Origin: Malacoraja senta
Lineage: Eukaryota
NCBI GenBank assembly: GCA_038087875.1
Contig: CM075977.1
Span: forward strand, 80,910,001-80,974,000
Direction: 5' to 3'
DNA length: 64,000 nt
Shown here one piece after another: positions 1-11,590 of this stretch (positions within the stretch are counted from its first letter, which is position 1; each line of letters opens with the position of its first letter). The position numbers and the translations under genes are program-made. The notes under the pieces are model-generated. The model saw only the letters and a list, made by a program, of their open reading frames with translations, was not told the DNA's origin and did not search any database.

Positions 1-387
1 GGTTTAAATACAGCCATTCATAATCAATAACCGCAGTTATACCTGTCGTGGTCCACAGAAAGTGTATTATGTATGCTTTAATTATATTTATTACATCAGC
101 ATATTTTTAGACGCAGTTAATTTCTTAAAAACTGTATAAGACAAGTACTTTTTCACAGGATACCATCACCTATTATTTGTGTCAAATGTGAAACTCCTGC
201 CAGCATATATAGTGTAAGGACTATAAGCTCAAATTTAGTGCAAGACTTTTTCACATTACTACTGGCTGGCCTTACTACTTTGATAACTGGAAGAGACTTT
301 GGTGCCTTTGTCAAGTTAGGTTTGCTGAATACTTTGCATATAAAATGAACTCATTGTGAGGACAACTTGATTAAACTTTCTTTTAAG

Positions 388-748
388 CAGGGCTGCCAAC
401 ATTGGGTGAGAGTTGGGAGTGAGAAATTGCGAGAGACCAAGCCGGAGGGAGCATAGCGACCGAGGGGGGGGGGGGTTAGGTTGTGGGAGGTGGGTGTCCC
501 CCCTCCCATTGGTACGGAGCTTTTGCATTTTTAAGCTTGAAATTGTGCAATCTGGAGCGAGTCTTTTAACTACCACTTGAATGTAATATTTATGCTTTAA
601 ATTGGATTAGCTATGAATAAGGTGAGGCTAAATTACATTCCTAATTACATTCCACAGTAGAGCCAGCCTCTGATCAACAGGTGCAGCACATGAATTATCT
701 TAGTATATTCATGTATGGAAATCAGATTATAATCAAACACTTGGCCCA
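388..748. mobile_element. Possible non-autonomous DNA transposon fragment (CAGGGCTGCCAAC start)
   Basis: hAT-like CAGGG terminus followed by a G-rich internal segment resembling 2330-2460. No second terminus or TSD found. Confidence 0.25.
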
Positions 749-762
749 TGTTGACCAACCTG

Positions 763-996
763 GGTCTCACTGCACACCTGGTACTACTCCTGACCCTGAA
801 TCCAGTTGCATACCTTCTCTCATTCCTGACCCTGAATCCAGCCTTACACCTGGCCCCCTATTCTACCCTGATCATAGCTGCTTACCTGCATATGTTCCCA
901 GTGCTGAACACTCCCATTGTCCCAGCTTTGACTGCACACCTAGTACTATTCCAGATCATGACTCTGGATGCACACTTGGCCTTGCTCCTAGCCCCT
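763..996. repeat. Old degenerate tandem repeat, ~18/36-bp period
   Basis: Recurring ...gcacacct / cctgaccctgaatccag units at 36-nt spacing. Confidence 0.55.
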
Positions 997-2499
997 CTGC
1001 ATTGACAATATATCTGGCCCACACACAAAGCCCCATATCTGATTCCCTGGACTTAAACTATTACGTACAAGTCCACAGGTGCTTATTTAATGCGGTAATC
1101 TTTTATGGGGCACTTCACAGACCAAATTTTGTATAACAAAACTTGCTACATCCATTGGCTTCCTTGTTATCTAACATGCTAGTTACTTTGTCAAAGAAGT
1201 CATCAATTGGTTGAACACAATTTCTCATCCATAAAATTATACTCACTCAGCTGTATACGTATTCTGTTACCATTTCCTTCATTTCGCTAACAAACTGTCC
1301 TGGTCATTTTCACCCCCAATATTTTCAGTATTTTGCTGTCTTCCTCTCAGCTGGGACTTTTCTGAAATGCAAAGTCCAATAACTATATATTTAAGCAATA
1401 TTATTCCATTAAATGTGATCTTGAGAGTACATAATATTTTCTGTGGTATTCATAACACAACAATGATAAAAGGATCTTTGTTTTGATAGCACCTACCAAC
1501 ATGCATACATTATTATATTACAGTTAATATGTACCGAGGGCAAATTTTTGTTCCAATGCTCCCCATTCCCAATTACTGTTGGAGTGATTGAAATCTAAAT
1601 GAAGTTTAAATGGCATCAGAAAAATAAAACCTCCAGAAGGGATGATATTCATTACGAGGTTGGTTGGAGTCAGTATCATCACAATTACTATATTAAACTT
1701 TGAAACTTCCGATGTCCTGGTTCAAGCTAAAACTAAAGACAAATAATAACCTCCTCACACATTCCCCTGCAAGTATCTCTGTCACTCCTTTAAAATATGC
1801 CCTTTCTTTGATCAAGCTCGTAAACTTTGCATCTGAATCAGTTTCCATCTGATTACACCCCTTGAGGATGTTTATCTACGTGTTCAATTATAAAACAATG
1901 AGATTGGGGACATTTCTATTCAAGCTGTCAGAGGAATTTGGGGGGGGGGGTTAGAAATAGTCAGTGAGGTAAACAAACATAATAGTTGAGTGGCAAATGA
2001 CAATTGTGCTACCTTCCCAATATTTAACTGAAGGCAATAATGGGTTATCGGGGCTGTATGTTGTGACAGACAGCCTGACACCTTGCATGTCATTTTAATA
2101 TTATACTTATCCCATCCCCCTGGATATTCCGTCCGGATCAATAAATTAAGGTTTTGTCAACTAAATATAAATCAGGCTAATTAAAAATCTATAACATTAC
2201 CAACTCCGAAACACGAAGCACTGAGCATTGGAATCCAGACATCACGGACAACTGGCCTCAGTTCCCCGCTCACATCTGGCAGTGCTCTCTGTCTGAACCA
2301 GAGGCCACGGAGTGTTTTTGAAAGTGGGGAGGCTGAGCGATCACTGGCCTTGGGGGTACCTTGCGAGGGAGTGGAGCAACTGAGTGGGGGGAGGGTGTAG
2401 GGACATTTGGAAATTTGATGTATTAAAATCATGTTTTAGTGCATTGTAGAAGTATGACCAATGTTTTTTGTTTGAAGTATTTTTAAGAGGTAACCTTTT

Positions 2500-2730
2500 A
2501 AGGGGTAACTTTTTCCACTCAAAGGGTGGTGGGTGTATGGAACAAGCTTCCAGTGGATGTAGTATTGGTAGGGACTATCCCAACATTTAAGAAACAGTTA
2601 GACTGATACATGGATAGGACAGGTTTGGAGGGATATGAACCAAAAGCAGGTAGTGTAGCTGGGATATATTGGCGGGTGTGGGCAATTTGCGCCGAAGGGC
2701 CTGTTTTCACACTGTATCACTCTGTGACTA
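2500..2730 (+). mobile_element. CR1 LINE 3' fragment
   Basis: RGNFFTxRVVGVWNKLP-like RT C-terminus followed by the ggccgaagggcctgttt 3'UTR. Confidence 0.75.
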
Positions 2731-2798
2731 CATTATACCTCCACCATGCATGAATGCTTCAAAATCAAGTAGTCGAGTTTTATTGCCCTATACTCAAG

Positions 2799-3093
2799 CA
2801 TAGACGCATAGAAAATATGTGCAGTAATAGGCCATTCGGCCCTTCGAGCCAGCACTGCCATTCAATATGATCATGGCTGTTCATCTAAAATCAGTACCTG
2901 TCCAGTTTTTCCCCATATCCCTTGATTTCGCTAGCCCCAAGAGCTAATTATAACTCTCTCTTGAAAACAACCAGTGAATTGGCCTCCACTGCCTTCTGTG
3001 GCAGAGAATTCCACAGATTCACAACTCTCTGCGTGAAGAAAGTTTGTCCTCATCTCAGTCCTAACTGGCCTACCCTTTATTCTTAAACTGTGA
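2799..3093 (-). mobile_element. CR1 LINE 3' fragment, 5'-truncated
   Basis: catagaaaata-gtgcag...ggccattcggcccttcgagcc tail, shared with 10505-10831, 23862-25215 and 41521-41646. Confidence 0.85.
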
Positions 3094-3546
3094 GGAACTT
3101 AACAATCTGTTATAACAATTCAGTCTAATTGAAGGAATAGCTGTCACTGCAGAACTAAGGGAGTTTTAACTTTTGCATTGAGGTTTTGAATTACTGATGA
3201 AGCATATGTTGGCTGTCAGTCCCTTGGCAATGGTTTTATCCTGTTGCAGTTATCAAAAAGGAAGAAACTGTTTTAATTGGTTATTTATAGGCTATAACAA
3301 CTACTATGGATGTATTGGTCCTCTGCATCTGCTTGAGATCATGTGGACAACAGGTCAGCCTAAGGTTAGTTCTCATTGGGTTTGGCAATCTTTATTGTAT
3401 TTGTTTACCATCCCCATAGTGAAATCGTTCTCACTACCATTGTCACTACCAAGCAGAGAATTTGTCAAGAGCTTTTCCCTTATTAATTTATTGGTCTGAT
3501 ATTTGGACCCAACCCAAATGATCACTTAACAGCACTTAACACTTAA

Positions 3547-4118
3547 CAGTCTTTCCAGGTGAGGCAGAGGTTCACTTGCACCTCCTCCAACATCATCTAC
3601 TGTATCTGCTGTTCCAGGTGTCAACTCCTGTACATCGGCGAGACCAATCGCAGGCTCGGAGATTGTTTCGCTGAACACCTCCGCTCAGTCCGCCTTAACC
3701 AACCTGATCTCCCGAGCACTTTAAAGCTCAGCACTTTAACTCCCCCTCCCATTCCCAATCTGACCTTTCTGTCCTGGGCCTCCTCCATTGTCAGAGTGAG
3801 GACCAGCACAAATTGGAGGAACAGCACCTCATATTTCGCTTGGGCAGCTTACACCCCAGCAGTATGAACATTGACTTCTCTAACTTCAAATAGCCCTTGT
3901 TTTCCATCTCTCTCCATCCCCTCCCCCTTCCCAGTTCTCCCACCAGCCTTACTGTCTCTGAATACATTCTATCTCTGCCCCGCCCACAGTCTGAAGAAGG
4001 GTCTCGACCCAAAACGTCACCCATTCCTTCTCTCCAGAGATGCTGCCTGTCCCGCTGAGTTACTCCAGAATTTTGTGTCTACCTTCGATTTAAACCAGCA
4101 TCTGCAGTTCTTTCCTAT
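3547..4118 (+). mobile_element. Penelope-like element (GIY-YIG endonuclease C-terminus plus terminal repeat), 11-bp TSD
   Basis: NIIYCICCSRCQLLYIGETNRRLGDCFAEH GIY-YIG motif. TSD acttaacagca at 3524-3534 and 4119-4129. Confidence 0.88.
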
Positions 4119-4207
4119 ACTTAACAGCAATGTTCTCCTGAATGAACAGGCCACTGGATCCCACAGTAACAATCTTGTCTCTGAACATGGTGCAAAATAT
4201 ATGAAAG

Positions 4208-4300
4208 ATAGACACAAAATGCTGGAGTAACTCAGCAGGACAGGCAGCATCTCTGGAGAGAAGGAATGGGTGACGTTTCGGGTCGAGACCCTTCTTCAGA
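4208..4300 (-). mobile_element. Penelope terminal-repeat fragment, inverted relative to 3991-4082
   Basis: Near-perfect reverse complement of 3991-4082. Confidence 0.85.
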
Positions 4301-4653
4301 TGCAAAATATATATGCTTTGGTTTCAGTGTTTGTCAACAAGCTAGAAAATAATAATCCCCATGTTAATATAAATTAGAATTAGAAATGCTACAAACGCTC
4401 AGCAGGCCAGGCAGCATCGGATAAGAGAACTAGAGTTAATGGAACTAGGAAAGGAGGAATATAAATTGGTATTAAATTATAGGGAAAGTGGTGGAGGGAT
4501 AGTTAGATCAATAGTAAGGCCATTGTTGCACTTGGGGTAAACTGTAAATAAGGTAATCTGGTCCATTTAGTTAGGAGGAAAGAATATAGTCCTTTACTCA
4601 TAAAAGCTATGAAATTAGGTATATAGAAGGCGTGAACACAGAAAATGAATATT

Positions 4654-6745
4654 TAGCAATGTTACAAAATTTTGAGATTTTAAAAATAAAGTCTGTAATT
4701 TATCCCATCAGATAAAGCATAAAAAGAAGTTTAATTTGACACCTTATTCACTTTCATATCTTCAGTATTAAAAATGTTATGGCCATTTTCATACTCGGAA
4801 ATTAGCATCTTGTTCCCTATTGCTTTTCCATTGACTTAACACAAAAGCTGTGATCGAGGACAGTCAAAAGCCCATAACTTTCTTAAAAATTAAGAGAACT
4901 GAAAGACATTTTCAGTTATTATAGATTGAAGCATTCTGAAACAAATATGAAACAATCTTACTTAGATTAGGTATGTTACAAAACTTACCTTCAGTCGCGC
5001 TGTAATTCTGCCACTGGCCGTGTGCGCAATTTTGGCGCCTTTAAGGGGGGGCGGGGTTAAAACGCGGGTTTCTCCTCCCTTGTCCTGGTTAATATTTTGT
5101 TGGAGTACAAGCCTTGGCTGACAAATCGTTCCTAGTGGCGTTTTGTGAATTTTTTATTTTTATTAAATCGTCAATGTCAGCGCTAGAGTAATTTTAAAAG
5201 CAGCTCCTGAAGCGTCAACGCCGATAACGGGGATGGATTTCACACACGGGACAGGTAAACGAAAGTGGTTTCTTTAAATGTATAAAAGTGCTTCTTAAGA
5301 AGCCTTTAATTCACAATTTTTCATGCGACACGGTGATTTTATTCCCCGAATTAACGGCAGTATTTTTCATGCCAATACGGGGTTAAATTCACCGCAAATG
5401 AACGTTCCAAAAGATCGCGTTCCAGAAATCCTCACTCACAAGATGATTTAAATGCCCATTAATTTACAGGTATTAAACATTCAATTCCTTCCATTTGGCC
5501 TGTAAATTCATGAAAATTTGATTTAAAAATTATGTTATATTGTGAATTATTGTGTGAATGTTATTTGGACACTTAGGCTATTTAAAAATGTGAATCTATT
5601 CTTAAGAAATTAATAGATGTTTAGATCTAGTAATTGAATTTTGTAATTAGCTACAATTAGGTAACTAACTAATTATATGCTTTACTTTCATGTCTTCGAA
5701 GTAAGATTGTTTCATATTTGTTTCAGAATGCTTCAATCTATAATAACTGAAAATTTCTTTCAGTTATCATAATTTTTAAGAAAGTTATGGGCTTTTAACT
5801 GTCCTCGATTACAGCTTTTGTGTTAAGTCAATGGAAAAGCAATAGGGAACTAGATGCTAATTTCTGAGTATGAAAATGGCCATAACTTCTTTAATACTGA
5901 AGATATGAAAGTGAATTAAGTGTCAAATTAAACTTCTTTTTATGCTTTATCTGATGGGATAAATTGCAGACTTTATTTTTTAAATCTCAAAATTTTGTAA
6001 CATTGCTACTTAGATGACATGAAATTAAAGCATATAATTAGTTAGTTACCTAATTGTAGCTAATTACAAAATTCAATTACTAGATCTAAACATCTATCAA
6101 TTTCTTAAGAATAGATTAACATTTTTTAATAGCCTAAGTGTCCAAATAACATTCACACAAGAATTCACAATATAACATAATTTTTTAATCTCATTGTCAT
6201 GGATTTATAGGCCAAATGGAAGAAATTTAATGTTTAACACCTGTAAATTAATGGGCATTTATATCATCTTGCGAATGGGGATTGCTGGAACGCGATTATT
6301 TGGAACGTTGATTTGCGGTGAATTTAACCCCGTATCGGCATGAAAATTATTGCCGTTAGTTCGAGGAAAAGAATCACCGTTTCGCATGTAAAATTGTGAA
6401 TTAAAGGCCTCTTAAGGAGAACGTTTATACATAAAAAATAAACTACTTTCGTTTACCTGTCCCGTGTGTGAAATCTGTTCCCGTTGTCGGCGTTGACGGC
6501 TTCAGAAGCTGATTTTAAAATGACTCCAGCGCTGAAATTGTCGGGAGATTTTTAAAACAAAATACTCAAAACGCCCCTCGGAACGATTCTTCCGCAAAAG
6601 CTGGTACTCCAACGAAATATAATACAGGACAAGGTAGGAGAAACCCGCGTTTTAACCCCGCCCCCCCCTCAAAGGCGCCAAAATCGCGCACACGGCCAGT
6701 GGCAGAATTGCAGTGCCGCTGAAGGTAAGTATTGTAACATACCTA
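4654..6745. mobile_element. Non-autonomous DNA transposon, outer copy (4654-4967 plus 6016-6745, ~1044 bp), TAG...CTA ends, 7-bp TSD
   Basis: Imperfect TIRs TAGCAATGTTACAA / TTGTAACATACCTA. TSD gaatatt at 4647-4653 and 6746-6752. Confidence 0.9.
4968..6008. mobile_element. Second copy of the same DNA transposon (1041 bp), inserted in opposite orientation into the first, 7-bp TSD
   Basis: TAGGTATGTTACAAAA ... TTTTGTAACATTGCTA. TSD cttagat at 4961-4967 and 6009-6015. Reverse-complement homology to the outer copy over its whole length. Confidence 0.92.
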
Positions 6746-6819
6746 GAATATTAAATTGTAACATGCAGGATTAAAGAACTATAGATCAAGCAACATTTGT
6801 GGGAAGAGAAACCAGGTTC

Positions 6820-7230
6820 AATGTGATCCCACCACCAGTCACGTCTTCTGAATCCCACCCCTTTCCACTTTCCGTATTAATCACCTTTCGCAAAACACTT
6901 AAGCTCAGTACACCGAGGCCTATGGGATCTCCCAGTCGACAACCATTTCAACTCCCCTTCCCATACTGACCAATCTGTCCTGGTCCTCCTCCGCTGCCAG
7001 AGTGAGGCCTCACGCAAATTGGACAAAATAACACCTCATATTTTGCTTGGGAAACTTAAAACCCAGCGGTATGAACGTTTAATTCTCTAATTGTAAGCAA
7101 CTTCTACCTTATACCCCTCCCCTTCACCCTCTCCCCTTGCCTCCTTCCTCCACCTTATCCAGTTACACAGCTCTCTGCATTGTATCCTTCTTGAGATCAC
7201 ACTTTCTCTAGCCAACAATGGGCCTACCAG
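6820..7230 (+). mobile_element. Degenerate Penelope-like fragment
   Basis: Similar to 3700-3900 (catttcaactcccc...tctgtcctgg...cacctcatattttgcttggg). Confidence 0.65.
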
Positions 7231-7484
7231 GGCACCACCCTATCTGGGACACATGATAATAAAACTCTCTTGACTCTTGACTTGGACTTAAGCAAAAAAG
7301 GGTTCTTGGGGGGAAAAAAAGCTACCTTAAATTTAGTTGCTTTTGGTTGATACCTATGGTAGGTTGAAGACTATTCCATGCTTTATTTGTGCGGGGGAAC
7401 TCCATGGAGCAGCCAGCATCTCTGGTTGGAAGAAATTGGGTGACGTTTCGGGTAGAAACCCTTCTTTACATTTCCTCTTGTTTT

Positions 7485-7780
7485 AGCGTTTTTAGTTTAA
7501 TTTAAAGATACAGCGTGGAAACAGGCCCTTCAGCCCACCGAGTCCATGCCGACCACCGATCACCCGTACTCTAGTTCTATCCCACACATCAGCGACGTAA
7601 GTCAAGAGTGTTTTATTCTCTCACGTCCCAGTTAAAACAATGAAATCCTTACTTGCAGCAGCACAATAGAATATGTAAACATAGTACTCTGTAAACAATG
7701 TTATAAACGAGAAAACAAAACTCCATACAGACAGCACCCATATTCAGGATCAATTCCGGGTCTCTGGCAATTTTAGGCAG
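7485..7780 (-). mobile_element. tRNA-derived V-SINE (HE1-like) fragments, interrupted by a LINE-tail fragment at ~7600-7715
   Basis: Reverse complement of the SINE at 34676-34959 (tttagttta tail, aaacaggccct, ctccatacagacagcacc). Confidence 0.6.
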
Positions 7781-7930
7781 CAATAGCCTGGAACTGAGTT
7801 AAAACATACAGTAGCTGTAAAGGGGGACATAGCGTCACTTAGAGATTTAAGACTGAAAATGGATAGTTTCTTTTTTTTAGTAACCAAAGTTATCAACGTA
7901 TAATTTTTTGTGTGTTGGAAAATAAAATAT

Positions 7931-8158
7931 AGCGGCACAGCTGGTGGACTTGCTGCCTCACACGCCAGAGATCTGTGTTCGATCCTGTTCTCGGGCACTG
8001 TCTGTGTTGAATTTGCACATTCTCCCTGCAAGCATGTGGGTTTCCTCCCACATCCCAAAGATGCATTGGCTTTGTAGGTTAACTTGTCTCTGTAAAATTG
8101 CCCCTAATGTGCAGGGAGTGGGTGAGGAAAGTGGGATAACAGAACCAATGTGAACGGG
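7931..8158 (+). mobile_element. tRNA-derived V-SINE (HE1-like)
   Basis: A-box-like start, B-box-like gttcgatcc, then V-domain-like gaatttgcacattctccc...gtgggtttcctcccacatcccaaaga. Confidence 0.75.
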
Positions 8159-8793
8159 TAGACAAAAATGCTGGAGAAACTCAGCAGGTGAGGCAGCATC
8201 TATGGAGCAAAGGAAATAGGCAACGTTTCGGATCGAGATCCTTCTTCAGACTGACGTGAGGGTGCGAGGGGAGAGGGGAGGGGGGAAGAAGAAAGGAAGA
8301 GGCGGAGACAGTGGGCTAAGGGAGAGCTGGGAAGCGGAGGAGAAAGTAGGAACTACCTGAAATTGGAGGTCACTGTTCATACCGCTGGGGTGTAAACTGC
8401 CCAATAGGCGACGTTTCGGGTCGAGACCCTTCTTCAGACTGATGTCGGGAGGGGTGGGGGGCAGGAAAAAGAAAGGAAGAGGCGGAGACAGTAGGCTGTG
8501 GGAGAGCTGGGAATGGGAGGGGAAGGAGGGAGAAAGCAAGGACTACCTGAAATTGGAGAAGCCAATGTTTATACCGCTGGGGTGTAAACTACCCAAGCAA
8601 AATATGAGGTGATGTTCCTCCAATTTGCGGTGGGCCTCACTCTGGCCATGGAGGAGGCCCAGGACAGAAAGGTCGGATTCGGAATGGGACGGGGAGTCGA
8701 AGTGCTGAGCCACCGGGAGATCAGGTTGGTTATTGCGAATTGAGTGGAGGTGTTGTGCGAAGCAATCGCCAAGCCTGCGCTTGGTCTCACCGA
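8159..8793 (-). mobile_element. Penelope-like element with tandemly duplicated terminal repeat (pLTR)
   Basis: GETKRRLGDCFAQHL..NQPDLPVAQHF..HLIFCLGSLHPSG GIY-YIG C-terminus. 8216-8404 repeats 8405-8594. Confidence 0.88.
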
Positions 8794-10504
8794 GGTTGAT
8801 CATACGCTGAATAACCATATTTTTGTTTGGAAGTGGAAAGAGATAATAGAAATTGCATTCATTGCAATGTGTAAAAAGAGATGAGATACTGTATTATAAT
8901 TTTGCTGCATGTCATTGTGGTATATATCATGTCTTAATTGGTGAATATGTTTAGTTTGTGACTTTATTTGAAGCAGAAATAATATGTGAATGCTTCATTG
9001 ACCATAATTCTGACTGGTAACTACCAACTTCGTCCGAGCACATTATCGCACATGTCATGCACGCCGTCTTAAATGACCACCTAAACTGTCATTTGGCAAC
9101 CTAAAAAGCTGCCGAGGTTGCCCGGCTGGCAACAGGGGAAAAAAGTTAAGCGAGAGCCCTGTCCTGTCACGAAATGTCACCCATCCATTTTCTCCATCTG
9201 CAGTTCTTTGTTTCTACATTATGCATTGCATTTGTTGTGTGTGGCTGATAATGAAAACCATTGGAATCCAAGCAGATTAAGTGGATCCAAGCAGATTATC
9301 TGCAGCATAAATTATTGAGCTGGAGTCCAGGATTCAGATTAAGGAGAATAATTCTGAATTATTTTCAGCCACCCTGACAATTGAAGTCTTATCGCTTTAC
9401 TTATTTGGTAAATCTTATTTGTAATCTTTCCAAGGTTCACACGTCCTTCCTAGAATGTGGTGCCCACAATAGAACATAGTACTGGTTTAAGGCCTACTTG
9501 GTGATTGTAAAGGTTAACATAACTTCCTTGTTTATTTTAAATTCAAATGGTGAGGAAGTTAAGATTTTTTTGAGAAAACTAGAGGGTATCTGAAATTATA
9601 CATCCATTACTTATTTTCGAGGACTTTGAGCTCTTAGACTGAATTGTTATAACAGATTGTTAAGTTCCTCCTCACCTTTCTCCATCAATTTGAAGAGTCC
9701 CGACCCGAAACGCATCTGTCCATTTCTTTTCACACATGTTGCCTGTATTGCTGAATTCCTCTAGCATTTTGTTTCTTGCTCATGATCCCTACATCTACAG
9801 TCTCTAGTGTCTTCAGTTCATTACATTTGTTCTGCATGGCTATTATGCCTCAGCTGATTCAAAACCAAATCAATAAGGCAGAGTAAGGCATTTCTATTGT
9901 ATGCTGAATGGTAGGCGAATACTAAAGTTTGTGATTCAAGCAGATAATGCAAATATAATTTATTTTCCTTGGGCATCATAAAAGAGTGTCTCTGGTTATG
10001 AGGCATATAAATCTCCTTTATATTTTACATATGCCAGCAATTTCCTTTTATGTTTGCTTAAGGTGGGAAAATTGGAATCTTGAAATGTTACTCCAAGAAT
10101 ACCAGAAGTTTCCACTCACTGTGTATACCAGAAGTTCTCATTACAATTTACCTGTTTGATGGAGAATGCTTTGTTCTTCTGCTGATATATAATATGTATT
10201 TTACTGGTGCAAAGGAAGTTCAGCAATACAAAAACTGAAATATGTAGATCTCTGTTTGTATTCCTCCTCCCCATCACAGCAAGGAGATCACATTTCCCCA
10301 TAAATATTTTATATATTTTTAAACTTCCGGAAGGAAATAGCTGCTCTTTCAATGTAAATACATTGTGTATCCAATATCTTCTCAGCTCTGAATTTGCAGT
10401 GTCTTTTCGTGCACCCATTCCCATACAAATTTTTCAGAATAGTTTGCAGGTGGAATCAAGCATTACTTGTCTGCACAGGATTCATTATCATGTGTTAGAA
10501 AATT

Positions 10505-10831
10505 AGAAAATAGGTGCAGGAGTAGGCCATTTGGCCCTTCGAGCCAGCACCGCCATTCAATATGATCATGGCTGATCATCCAAAATCAGTACCCCGTTCC
10601 TGCTTTTTCCCTATATACGTTGATTCCTTTAGCCCTAAAGCTAAATCTAACTCTCTCTTGAAAACATCCAGTGAATTGGCCTCCACTGCCTTCTGTGGCA
10701 GAGAATTCCACAGATTTACAACACTCTGAGTGAAAAGGTTTTTCCTCATCTCAGTTCTAAATGGCCTACCCCTTATTCTTAAACTGTGATCCCTGGTTCT
10801 GGATTCCCCCAACATCAGTAACATTTTTCCT
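10505..10831 (-). mobile_element. CR1 LINE 3' fragment
   Basis: ORF 10576..10824 (GESRTRDHSLRIRGRPFRTEMRKNLFTQSVVNLWNSLP) plus CR1 tail. Confidence 0.88.
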
Positions 10832-11430
10832 GTCTTGGTAATCTGACTTTCTCATTGTGGATATACATAAAGATTGTTGGATAGCGTTCTATATATTTTG
10901 TTGTTTATGTGGTATAGTAGACATCAATCATATTTAGTTTGTATTTCTTGTATATAGATCAGATCCACCCATTTTTAAGGGCTTTTACAAAATTTTCTTT
11001 TTGATGTCTTTTTCGATACTGGACCTCTTTTAATAAGCCGCAAGTTCATCTCCAAGGTGATCTCTTTCAATATTTATTAAGATTTATATTTATTTAGCTA
11101 ACCTGTTAAAACAATTAAGTTTAACACTCATTTCATTGAAAAATGTTGGAAGGAAAATATTTAGCAAACCCTTCATTAAATGTGCTGGATGAGTTTGTCC
11201 AATGTCTTAATTGCACATTCAATGTTGCTTGCATCACTATTAATGGCAACAAGGAGCTTTTTTGTTTAAATTTATTCAAGCTTGAAGCATTGGTCTTACT
11301 ATGCAGATTCTCAAAAATAATAGTGAAAATAGTTTTATCAAATTCTAAACTTACTTTGTCTGACTGTTGTCCTGTGTGTATGCCTGTAGGAAGAGAGGAG
11401 CTTCTTGCAGGCATATAATATAAAAGGACT

Positions 11431-11590
11431 GTAAGTGCTGGAGTAATTCAGAAGGTCAGGCAGCATTTCTAGAGAAAATGGATGTGACTTTTCGGGTTGG
11501 GAGCCTTCTTCAGTGCTGACCCGAAACTTCATCTCCATAACTTTGTATCCTTTTGCATAAACCAATATCTGCAGTTCCTTGGTTCTACAG
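11431..11590. mobile_element. Short fold-back relic of two oppositely oriented Penelope terminal-repeat fragments
   Basis: tgctggagtaattcag...tttcgggtt..ccttcttcag followed by gacccgaaac...atctgcagttcctt. A similar relic lies at ~26505-26660. Confidence 0.55.

Noticed and set aside
316-11565. Numerous short ORFs in the ORF track
   Set aside because: No recognisable domains other than TE fragments; consistent with random or antisense ORFs.
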